Made by a program: the position numbers and the translations under genes. This document shows, one piece after another, positions 10,205-18,565 of a stretch of DNA of 64,000 bases (position 1 is the first letter of the stretch; every line of letters begins with the position of its first letter). Under the pieces are notes generated by a model that saw only the letters and a list, made by a program, of their open reading frames with translations, did no database searches and was not told the DNA's origin. The stretch is from a virus. The stretch covers positions 1 through 64,000 of IMG/VR virus record IMGVR_UViG_3300017716_002595; one strand, written 5' to 3'.

Positions 10205-10839
10205 TGAGCAAAGAATTATTAATAGAACGAGTATCCACCTTCACACTGACCCCGCAGTTACTGCAAGAATCTGCGGTAAAAAATAACGGGCGTTTGATTG
10301 TTGAGGGAGTAGTACAACGTGCTAATGCTAAAAATGGTAATGGTCGCGTTTATCCTAAAGATACTTTAGAAAGAGAAATTGATAAATACAAAGCTACATA
10401 TATTAAAGAAAATAGAGCATTAGGAGAGTTAGATCATCCTGAATCACCTATTATTAATTTAAAAAATGTATGTCATAATATTTTAGATTTATGGTGGGAT
10501 GGTGATGATGTAATGGGTAAAATTGAAATATTACCTACACCATCAGGAAACATATTAAAAGCATTATTGATAGCTGGTATTACTGTTGGTATTTCATCTC
10601 GTGCTATGGGTTCTGTAAAACAAATTGGAGAAACTGTTGAGGTACAAGACGATTTAGAGTTAGTATGTTGGGATTTTGTTTCAACACCATCAACTCAAGG
10701 TGCATTTATGGAAATTGTAAGTGAATCACTTAACCCAAATGCTATCAAAACTGATAAATACCAAAAAATAAACGAATTAATAACAGAAATACTATGCAAC
10801 AGAGCAGGATTTTGCTCATGTGAATTACCAGGACAATAA
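10204..10839 (+). CDS. Prohead core protease (T4 gp21-like)
   Basis: NGNGRVYP, ALGELDHP (catalytic His), GISSRAMGS (catalytic Ser), DFVSTPST. Confidence 0.95.
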   Translation: MSKELLIERVSTFTLTPQLLQESAVKNNGRLIVEGVVQRANAKNGNGRVYPKDTLEREIDKYKATYIKENRALGELDHPESPIINLKNVCHNILDLWWDGDDVMGKIEILPTPSGNILKALLIAGITVGISSRAMGSVKQIGETVEVQDDLELVCWDFVSTPSTQGAFMEIVSESLNPNAIKTDKYQKINELITEILCNRAGFCSCELPGQ

Positions 10840-10841
10840 TT

Positions 10842-11213
10842 ATGGAAGAATTAGCATCAATTTTATTACACTCACAAACACAAACTCATATATTTCATTT
10901 AGGAGTAAGTGGACCAGGAGCATACGCTGCTCATAAAGCACTTCAAAAATATTATGAAAGTATAGATGGTGTAGTAGATGGATTAGTAGAAACTTATCAA
11001 GGTAAATACGGTTTAATCCAATTCAAACCAGTAGTTAATTTAGATAATAACTGTGATACTAGAAATATCATAGATTATTTTGATAAATTATGTATGATTG
11101 TTAAAACATTAAGACAAGCACCTAATTTAGCTGATAGTTATTTACAAAATCAGATAGATGCTGTTGACGAACTTATTTACTCTACTAAATATAAATTAAC
11201 TAATTTACAATAA
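10842..11213 (+). CDS. Ferritin/Dps-like four-helix protein (DUF5856-like)
   Basis: THIFHL..AHKALQKYY..DGLVETYQG pattern. Confidence 0.65.
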   Translation: MEELASILLHSQTQTHIFHLGVSGPGAYAAHKALQKYYESIDGVVDGLVETYQGKYGLIQFKPVVNLDNNCDTRNIIDYFDKLCMIVKTLRQAPNLADSYLQNQIDAVDELIYSTKYKLTNLQ

Positions 11214-11214
11214 T

Positions 11215-11490
11215 ATGCCATTTCCAACAGCAACAATCGTATATCAAGGACAATCAATAACTGGATCTTATAATAGATTTCAAGTAATGGCCTCAGGATC
11301 AGTAGTATCAACAGGAGGATCAGCTTTTGCAGTTGGTCACATTTCTGCACTTAGAGATGGTAATGGAACTTTATTTTCATTTCCTTCAACATCTGGATTA
11401 TTTATACCACCAGGTACTAATATAGATTTTTCAATAACAAGTGCTTCATTAAGCGCAACAAGCGCTCCAATAATGTTTTTTCAAGTATAA
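11215..11490 (+). CDS. Small S/G/T-rich putative structural protein
   Basis: Beta-rich composition like the fibre genes. Confidence 0.55.
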   Translation: MPFPTATIVYQGQSITGSYNRFQVMASGSVVSTGGSAFAVGHISALRDGNGTLFSFPSTSGLFIPPGTNIDFSITSASLSATSAPIMFFQV

Positions 11491-11508
11491 AATAATAAAT
11501 TTATCCTA

Positions 11509-11655
11509 ATGGCAGCAAAAGCAAAAACCAGTTCCGTTAACAGTTATATAGCGAAACCAAAAAGAAAAAGACCAGGTGTTCACGCAAAAAGTAAAACATC
11601 TAAGTTAAAAAATTCAAAAAATTATAAAAAACTATATATAGGTCAAGGAAATTAA
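11509..11655 (+). CDS. Small highly basic protein (48 aa), not in ORF track
   Basis: MAAKAKTSSVNSYIAKPKRKRPGVHAKSKTSKLKNSKNYKKLYIGQGN*, followed by a terminator. Confidence 0.7.
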   Translation: MAAKAKTSSVNSYIAKPKRKRPGVHAKSKTSKLKNSKNYKKLYIGQGN

Positions 11656-11658
11656 AAA

Positions 11659-11685
11659 AGAACCGCAACAATGTTGCGGTTTTTT
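11659..11685 (+). terminator. Intrinsic terminator
   Basis: AGAACCGCAAC-AAT-GTTGCGGTTTT-TTT. Confidence 0.85.
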
Positions 11686-11810
11686 GTTTTATATGCATAT
11701 TTATGAGGGACTAATGAATCATCTCTATATGGTTCGTCATTAAATTAAAATCCCTATTAAGCTTTTTAATCAATAAGCTTATTTCCAAAACAAAATTTTA
11801 GGACAAAAAA

Positions 11811-12902
11811 ATGAAAGACACAAAAGCACTTTTAAAAGAGGCTATTGCTGATGCTAAAACTGTACGTGAGACAGCCTTAGCTCAAGCTAAACTTGCTCTT
11901 GAAGAAGCTATGGCTCCTCGTTTACAATCTATGTTTACTGCTAAATTGCAAGAAGCATATGATGATGAAGAGAAAGACTTAGAAGAAATGAAAGACAAGA
12001 TGGCCAAAGAAAACATGATGGATGACATCCCTATGGAAGAAGAAACACAATCAGAATTTGCTGATCGTGATAATTCTATGGAAGAAATCGACCTTGATGA
12101 AATCTTAGCAGAATTAGACAGAGAATTAAACGAAGCTAAAGGCGACGAAGACGAAGAAGAAATCGAAGCTGAAGAAGAAGTTGAAGACGTTGCAGACGAT
12201 GCTAAAGAAGACGAAGAGGAAGATAAAGAAGTTAAAGACTTATCTATGGATGAGTTAGAAAGTTTAATTAGAGACATTATTTCACAAGAAACCGGAGACG
12301 GTGAAGGCTACGAAGACGAAATGGCTGTAGACGCTATGGATGACATGGGAGACGCAGAAATGGCAGTTGACGGAGCTGAAGAAGATTTCGATTTAGAAGA
12401 AATCTTAGCTGAATTAATGGGTGAAGATTTAGACGAACGTAAAAAATACGGCGGTAACAAAGGAAACATTCCAGATGACAGACGTGGTAAAATTAAAAAA
12501 GATACTGCTGAAGAAGAAGGAGTTGAAGACTACAAAAAGAAAAAAATGGAAGAAGAATTAAAATTAGCTTTAGAAGCTGTTAACACTCTTCGTACTGAAC
12601 TTAATGAAGTTAACTTATTAAACGCTAAATTATTATACGTTAATAAAATCTTTAAGGCTAAAAATTTAAACGAATCTCAAAAATTAACAGTTATTAAAGC
12701 ATTTGATAAAGCAGAATCTGCTAAAGAAGCTAAACTTGTTTACGAATCATTGTCAACAACGTTTACTGCTAGACCAGAAAAGCGTCAAATCAAAGAATCA
12801 TTAGGATTTGCATCTAAATCCACTGGTGTAGTTGCAAAACCAACAATTGTAGAAAGTAACGATTTTGTTACTAGAATGCAAAAATTAGCAAATATTAAAT
12901 AA
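11811..12902 (+). CDS. Prohead scaffold/core protein (T4 gp22-like position)
   Basis: Very acidic coiled coil directly upstream of the capsid gene; LKEAIADAK N-terminus, LNEVNLLNAKLLY, RMQKLANI C-terminus. Confidence 0.8.
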   Translation: MKDTKALLKEAIADAKTVRETALAQAKLALEEAMAPRLQSMFTAKLQEAYDDEEKDLEEMKDKMAKENMMDDIPMEEETQSEFADRDNSMEEIDLDEILAELDRELNEAKGDEDEEEIEAEEEVEDVADDAKEDEEEDKEVKDLSMDELESLIRDIISQETGDGEGYEDEMAVDAMDDMGDAEMAVDGAEEDFDLEEILAELMGEDLDERKKYGGNKGNIPDDRRGKIKKDTAEEEGVEDYKKKKMEEELKLALEAVNTLRTELNEVNLLNAKLLYVNKIFKAKNLNESQKLTVIKAFDKAESAKEAKLVYESLSTTFTARPEKRQIKESLGFASKSTGVVAKPTIVESNDFVTRMQKLANIK

Positions 12903-12926
12903 AAATTTAAAAATTATTCTTAAAAA

Positions 12927-14606
12927 ATGGAAAATTTAAACACTCTTTTAGAAGGAGCAAATCCATGGAAAAGCCAACAAGCAGAAGCTGCTAGAACAGC
13001 TGCTAAATGGCAAAAAAGTGGACTTCTTGAAGGATTAACAACTGAAGTTGAAAGAAACAACATGTCTGTTATCCTTGAAAACCAAGCAAAACAATTAGTT
13101 GTTGAAACTAATGTAACTGCTGGTACAAACTCAATGCTAGGTGGTACAGGTGAAAACTGGGCTGGTATTGCATTACCATTAGTACGTAGAGTATTCGCTG
13201 AAATCGTAGCTAAAGAATTCGTTTCAGTACAACCTATGGCTATGCCTTCAGGTCTAGTATTTTACTTAGACTTCCAATATGGTGATAACAAAAACCCATT
13301 CGTGGCTGGACAATCACTTTACGGTTCATTAGCTGATGTTCAAGCTACTGACTATGATATTACTAACGTTAACCCAACAGGTGGTCTTTACGGTCAAGGT
13401 AGATATGGTTACTCTATGAACCAATTCTCTGCTTCTGTAACAGTAACTACAGCATCTTATGCTACTGCTGCTTCTGATTCATTAGCACCATACGTAAACT
13501 ACGATTCTCGTTACATTGGAACTTCATCAACTTTATACAGAGTAAGTATTTCTGATTCTCAATTAGCAACTTTAGATCTTCCTGATTTCTTAGCAGCTTC
13601 TGCTTTCATCATCAGTGGTTCAGGTGTTAATCCAGCGAACGTATTACAACAGTTCACTAACTACTCAAGTGGTTCAGGTGCTACTGCATTAACATTCATT
13701 ACTAACGCAGCTCCATCAGTAGGTGCAGCAACTACAGTATTATTCTACAGCAAACAAACGACTCCTGCACAAAGAGGTGATTTTGAAGCAGATAGAACTA
13801 ACACATCTGTACCTAACTCATTAGATGATAATCAAATTGTTATCCCAACAGTAAACATCCAAATGAAATCAGATGCTATTGTTGCTAAAACAAGAAAATT
13901 AAAAGCACAATGGACTCCTGAGTTAGCTCAAGATTTAAATGCTTACCAAAACATCGATGCTGAAGCTGAATTAACAGGATTATTATCTCAATACATCGCT
14001 ATGGAGATTGACTTAGAAATCTTAGGTATGTTGACTGAAGAGGCAGCTACTACAGGATACTGGTCAGCAGAAAATAACAAAATCTGGAATGGTTCATCAT
14101 TCGTTCAAACTTCAACTACAACAGGTGGTTTCTATAACACACAAGGTGGTTGGTTCGCAACTTTAGGTACAGTATTACAATCAGTATCTAACAAAATCTT
14201 ACAGAAAACTCTTAGAGGACAAGCTAACTTCTTAGTAATATCTCCAGCGGTTGCAACTATTATGCAATCAATTCCAGGATATGCTTCAGATGCAGGTGCT
14301 GAATTAGATAAAGTATTCAACTTTGGTAGCCAAAAAATTGGTACTTTAAATTCTCGTTACAAAGTATATGTAAACCCTTACTTCAGTGATAACGTAATCT
14401 TAATGGGTTATAAAGGTGCTCAATTCTTAGAATCAGGTGCTGTTTATGCTCCATACGTTCCGTTATTAATGACTCCATTAGTATACGATCCAGAAACATT
14501 TACACCACGTAAAGGTATTATGACTCGTTACGCTAAGAAAATGGTACGTCCTGAATTCTACGGTAAAGTATTCGTTAACGGTTTAAATGCTTTAGGTATT
14601 AACTAA
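12927..14606 (+). CDS. Major capsid protein (T4 gp23 family, Far-T4-like)
   Basis: VSVQPMAMPSGLVFYL, AKTRKLKAQWTPELAQDL, YAPYVPL, FTPRKGIMTRYA. Confidence 0.97.
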   Translation: MENLNTLLEGANPWKSQQAEAARTAAKWQKSGLLEGLTTEVERNNMSVILENQAKQLVVETNVTAGTNSMLGGTGENWAGIALPLVRRVFAEIVAKEFVSVQPMAMPSGLVFYLDFQYGDNKNPFVAGQSLYGSLADVQATDYDITNVNPTGGLYGQGRYGYSMNQFSASVTVTTASYATAASDSLAPYVNYDSRYIGTSSTLYRVSISDSQLATLDLPDFLAASAFIISGSGVNPANVLQQFTNYSSGSGATALTFITNAAPSVGAATTVLFYSKQTTPAQRGDFEADRTNTSVPNSLDDNQIVIPTVNIQMKSDAIVAKTRKLKAQWTPELAQDLNAYQNIDAEAELTGLLSQYIAMEIDLEILGMLTEEAATTGYWSAENNKIWNGSSFVQTSTTTGGFYNTQGGWFATLGTVLQSVSNKILQKTLRGQANFLVISPAVATIMQSIPGYASDAGAELDKVFNFGSQKIGTLNSRYKVYVNPYFSDNVILMGYKGAQFLESGAVYAPYVPLLMTPLVYDPETFTPRKGIMTRYAKKMVRPEFYGKVFVNGLNALGIN

Positions 14607-14627
14607 TAACAAACTAAACCAATTATT

Positions 14628-14658
14628 AAGAGACCCAACGCAAGTTGGGTCTTTTTTT
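14628..14658 (+). terminator. Intrinsic terminator after capsid gene
   Basis: AAGAGACCCAAC-GCAA-GTTGGGTCTTTTTTT, GNRA loop. Confidence 0.9.
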
Positions 14659-14689
14659 ATATTTATAGTAAACAAATAAACGTTTCACT

Positions 14690-15376
14690 ATGGCTTCTAA
14701 CCATCACACTGATGAGGTTTTCACTCCAAAGAGAAGACCGAAAAACCCAATTAAGTTCCAACTCCAACTTAATGAAGAACAAAAACAAGCAAAAGCACTT
14801 ATTGTAGATAATCCAGTTGTCGTTCTAAAAGGAATGGCAGGTTCAGGAAAAACATTAGTCGCTGTCCAGGCTGCACTTGATATGTTATTTAACAAAGAAG
14901 TAGAAAAAATTATCATCACAAGACCTACCGTAGCTAAAGAAGAATTAGGTTTCCTACCAGGTGATTTAAAGGAAAAAATGGATCCGTGGTTAGCGCCGAT
15001 TTATCATAACTTATACATGTTATATGGTAAAGATAAAGTAGATAAAGAAATGGAACGTGGTAATATTGAAATTGTACCATTCGCGTTCATGAGAGGTAGA
15101 ACATTTGTAAATTCATTTGTTATAGTAGATGAAGCACAAAACGTTACTCAAGATCAAATGGAAACTGTATTAGGAAGACTTGGTAAAGGATCCAAAATGG
15201 TAATATGTGGAGATTTAGCCCAAATTGATTTAAAAGTAAAAAAAGAAACTGGTTTTTCATTTTTAACAAGAGTTGAAGAACAAGTAACTGGATTTAAAAT
15301 ATTTGCTCTAAAACAAAACCATAGACATGATATAGTAGCACCTATACTAAAAGTATATCAAGATTTTAGAGATTAA
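14690..15376 (+). CDS. phoH: PhoH-like ATPase
   Basis: GMAGSGKT, TRPTV, LGFLPGDLKEKMDPW, FMRGRTF, VDEAQN, GDLAQIDL. Confidence 0.95.
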   Translation: MASNHHTDEVFTPKRRPKNPIKFQLQLNEEQKQAKALIVDNPVVVLKGMAGSGKTLVAVQAALDMLFNKEVEKIIITRPTVAKEELGFLPGDLKEKMDPWLAPIYHNLYMLYGKDKVDKEMERGNIEIVPFAFMRGRTFVNSFVIVDEAQNVTQDQMETVLGRLGKGSKMVICGDLAQIDLKVKKETGFSFLTRVEEQVTGFKIFALKQNHRHDIVAPILKVYQDFRD

Positions 15377-15418
15377 TTAGGTTTTCTTAATATTTATAGG
15401 TAGTAATTTCAACAATAA

Positions 15419-15796
15419 ATGGCAGCAGGTAAATATTCATTCATAATAGAACAAGGATCTACAACTAATTTTACTATAATTTACACAGACTCTACAGGAG
15501 CTCCTATAGATTTGACAAGTTATGGTTCAAAAATGCAAATTAGATTAACATATGATGCTCCTCCTATTATAACTTTAAGCAGTAGTTTAAACCCAGACGG
15601 AACTGGATTAAATATGACCAATGCAGCTTCAGGAGCTATAGGAATATATATTGCCTCTTGTACATCTTCTATGTTTAATTTTGACACAGCATTATATGAT
15701 TTAGACCTAGTATCAGGTAGTGGACCATGTCCTGTAGTCAATAGAATTCTTGAAGGAAAAGTTAAATTAAGTAGAGAAGTTACTATAATAGGATAA
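15419..15796 (+). CDS. Virion structural/adaptor protein (BppU-N-like beta sandwich)
   Basis: IEQGST..PIDLT..YDL..RILEGKV pattern typical of phage fibre adaptors. Confidence 0.6.
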   Translation: MAAGKYSFIIEQGSTTNFTIIYTDSTGAPIDLTSYGSKMQIRLTYDAPPIITLSSSLNPDGTGLNMTNAASGAIGIYIASCTSSMFNFDTALYDLDLVSGSGPCPVVNRILEGKVKLSREVTIIG

Positions 15797-16356
15797 TGAG
15801 TGTAAATATTAACAACCCAGCAAATTCTCTGTATAATACAGTTACTGTACTTCCAGATTGGAATAGCACGGTAATCCAAGTAGCTACTCCGGGACCTCAA
15901 GGTCCTCCAGGACCAGCAGCTGATCCAAGTTTATTTACTAGTTCATTTGTTTCTACTTCATCATTTAATGCTTTTACTTCATCTTATAATACAGGATCTT
16001 TTTTAGGTACTTTTACTGGAAATGGTAGTGGTTTAACTGGTTTACCTACTTCACAATGGACTAGTTCTTTTGATGGAAGTATTAGTAGCACTTCAAATGT
16101 ATTTGTAACAGGTTCATTTGGTGTAACTAATCAAGCAGGTACATCATTATTTTTAATAAATTCTCAAGGAGCAACAACAATAAAAAGCACAGCTGCTAAT
16201 ATATTTTTAGTACAAAATCAAAATAGTACAAATATATTAACTGTAAGTCAAAGTGGTGTTATAGTAATAGCAACACAATCCGTGGAATTATCAAACCCAG
16301 CACCAAATGGAGGAATATATTTTACTTCTAATTCATTATTTATAGGAATAGATTAA
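15796..16356 (+). CDS. Short fibre-associated protein with a collagen-like stretch
   Basis: GPQGPPGPA; TSSFNAFTSSY; GNGSGLTGL. Confidence 0.65.
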   Translation: MSVNINNPANSLYNTVTVLPDWNSTVIQVATPGPQGPPGPAADPSLFTSSFVSTSSFNAFTSSYNTGSFLGTFTGNGSGLTGLPTSQWTSSFDGSISSTSNVFVTGSFGVTNQAGTSLFLINSQGATTIKSTAANIFLVQNQNSTNILTVSQSGVIVIATQSVELSNPAPNGGIYFTSNSLFIGID

Positions 16357-16411
16357 TATTTAATATTTATCAACATAAAATAAACATAAACTAAAAATAA
16401 TATAAAATAAA

Positions 16412-17938
16412 ATGGCAAATTGGAAAAAAGTCGTTGTATCAGGGAGTAACGTATCGCAATTAAATAACGATGCAGGGTATATAACAGCAGGTACTTTATC
16501 AGTACCAAACTTATTTAGTACCGCTTCATTTAATGGAGTAAATTTATTAGCAAATTCAATCTCAGGTACATTAAACTTTGCTTCATCCTCAACTCAAGGT
16601 TTAACAATCACAGCGGATGCCGGATCAGATACTTTAACCTTTGGTTTAGCAGCTATACCTAACGCAAGTTTAGCTAACTCAGCTATAACAATTGCTGGTA
16701 CTTCAACTTCACTAGGTAGTAGCATTACACAAGCTACTATTTTAGCAGGCTCAGGAGTATTTTCAGGATCAGCACAAATTACAGGTCTTACAAATGCTAA
16801 CCTATCTGGAACAGCAGGTATTACAAATGCTAACTTACTTAACTCTGGTTCTATAATTGGTAATACAGTTGTAAACTTAGGAACAACAGTAACAAGTTTA
16901 ACAGGTCTTACATCTGTTTCTTCAACAGCATTTACAGGTTCTTTAGAAGGAACAGCTTCATTTACTACTAATGCTTCAACAGCTTCTTATGTAACTACAT
17001 TAAATCAAAATGTAGCCATCTCAGGCGCTTTAAGTGTATTTCTTACAGGTTCATCTACATTTGAACTTGCAGGTAACAATTTCCAACAAACTTATATAAA
17101 CACAGCAGGTGCTTTAGTATTAAACCCAGGTAGTGGTGGGGTTGGAATGGCTGGTTTAAACCAATATATTACTGCTAATTATTTCCAAGGTACAACTGCT
17201 GGTTCATATTTAACAGGTTCTTTACAAGGAACAGCTTCATTTGCTTCAACAGTTCCTTACTCAGGAATTACAGGCGTACCAGCAGGATTAGTATCAGGAT
17301 CATCACAAATTTCTTATTCAGGAATTACAGGTGTACCAGCAAATATAGTATCCGCTTCTGTATTATCTTCACCAGGTCAAGGTCAAGCATTATTAACTAC
17401 AAATGGTGTAGCAGGTTCTACAATTGATTTAGGACTAGAAACAGGAGATAGTCCATCATTCGCAGGTGTAACAGCAGGTAATGTAACAGTAGGTGTTTCA
17501 AATGACAATACAATTACAACTACAACTGGAGACTTAACAATAAGTCCAGCCGGAGGTAACGTAACTGTATCAAATAATTTAACTGTAACTAATAACTTAA
17601 CAGTACAAGGTACAGCATCTTTCCAAAACACAACTAACTTAGAAGTAGCAGATAGATTTATCTTAATGGCTTCTGGTTCAAATACAACTGGAGACGGGGG
17701 TATTGTAGTACAACAAGCAACACAAAATATAGGTGAAGCTTTTGCTTGGGATTCAGGAGTATCAAGATGGGGAGTTACTGGTTCATTCACTGCTAACGAA
17801 GCTTCATACACACCAGACGCTTTCATGGCAGCAGTAACAACAGCAGCAGGAACTTCACCAGCACCAGCAGCAAGATACAATGCAGTAGGTAATATTTATG
17901 TATCAAGTGGTGACGAAAGTATTTGGATATACTCATAA
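16412..17938 (+). CDS. Tail/whisker fibre protein
   Basis: S/G/T/A-rich beta repeats (TGSLxGTASF, SGSSQI); N-terminus MANWKKVVVSGSN. Confidence 0.75.
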   Translation: MANWKKVVVSGSNVSQLNNDAGYITAGTLSVPNLFSTASFNGVNLLANSISGTLNFASSSTQGLTITADAGSDTLTFGLAAIPNASLANSAITIAGTSTSLGSSITQATILAGSGVFSGSAQITGLTNANLSGTAGITNANLLNSGSIIGNTVVNLGTTVTSLTGLTSVSSTAFTGSLEGTASFTTNASTASYVTTLNQNVAISGALSVFLTGSSTFELAGNNFQQTYINTAGALVLNPGSGGVGMAGLNQYITANYFQGTTAGSYLTGSLQGTASFASTVPYSGITGVPAGLVSGSSQISYSGITGVPANIVSASVLSSPGQGQALLTTNGVAGSTIDLGLETGDSPSFAGVTAGNVTVGVSNDNTITTTTGDLTISPAGGNVTVSNNLTVTNNLTVQGTASFQNTTNLEVADRFILMASGSNTTGDGGIVVQQATQNIGEAFAWDSGVSRWGVTGSFTANEASYTPDAFMAAVTTAAGTSPAPAARYNAVGNIYVSSGDESIWIYS

Positions 17939-17955
17939 AAACTAACTAAATAGTT

Positions 17956-18162
17956 ATGGCATTTAATGCACAAAACGTAGTTGTAAAAGATAAAACTACA
18001 TTTAATATAGAAAATACTCTATCTCCTAATCAATTAACTTTGAGGGAGATAGAGATTTTACTTTCTTTAATAAGAAGATCAACATTCCTTGGAGAAGACC
18101 TAGAGCCTTTGTATAATATGGTTATTAAACTACAAAACCAATACATAGAACAAACTAAATAA
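17956..18162 (+). CDS. Small helical protein (possible fibre chaperone)
   Basis: Lies between two fibre genes; AGTTATG start. Confidence 0.55.
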   Translation: MAFNAQNVVVKDKTTFNIENTLSPNQLTLREIEILLSLIRRSTFLGEDLEPLYNMVIKLQNQYIEQTK

Positions 18163-18170
18163 TACAAGTT

Positions 18171-18407
18171 ATGGATTTATTTGAAATCAACCTTACTTTT
18201 AATGAACTTACTTTCCTAAGATCTGCTTTAGATCCTATTTCTATTCAAGGTAGAGATGCTCGTTTTGTAGCTTCACTACAAATAAAGCTAGAACACGAAA
18301 TAGAAGAAGTAAAACGTATGCTTCAAGAAGCAGAAACTCAAAAAATGGAAAGTCTTCAAGAAGCCATCAAAGAAGATCAAAAAACCAACAAAAGACCTAT
18401 AAAATAA
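18171..18407 (+). CDS. Small helical protein (possible fibre chaperone)
   Basis: Weak similarity to the previous ORF (LTxxExxxL..IxGxD..KL). Confidence 0.55.
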   Translation: MDLFEINLTFNELTFLRSALDPISIQGRDARFVASLQIKLEHEIEEVKRMLQEAETQKMESLQEAIKEDQKTNKRPIK

Positions 18408-18502
18408 CGTAAATATACGGCGTTATATCAATTGATTAAACATTGTCATGATGTAATGCAATTTTTATGTCTTTTTTGTTTAAATCACATATTTATATTA
18501 TA

Positions 18503-18556
18503 TATTATAGACCCCTAATGGGAAGTGGGCAGGCAATCCTGTAACCAATCATAATA
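18503..18556 (+). ncRNA. Candidate structured 5' UTR element (three-way junction)
   Basis: GC-rich island between late promoter and ATG; outer TATTAT/ATAATA stem, CCC-TAAT-GGG and GCAGG-CAAT-CCTGT hairpins. Confidence 0.4.
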
Positions 18557-18565
18557 ACATTTAAT

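Noticed and set aside
11882-12277. Ser-rich minus-strand ORF and the other short minus-strand ORFs in the track
   Set aside because: They lie opposite well-supported + strand genes and mirror their codon bias (for example GAA/GAT runs read as Ser)
18420-18466. GCGTTATATCA/TGATGTAATGC stem followed by an A2T5 tract
   Set aside because: A plausible weak terminator, but the long AT-rich loop and G-U pairs make it too uncertain to call
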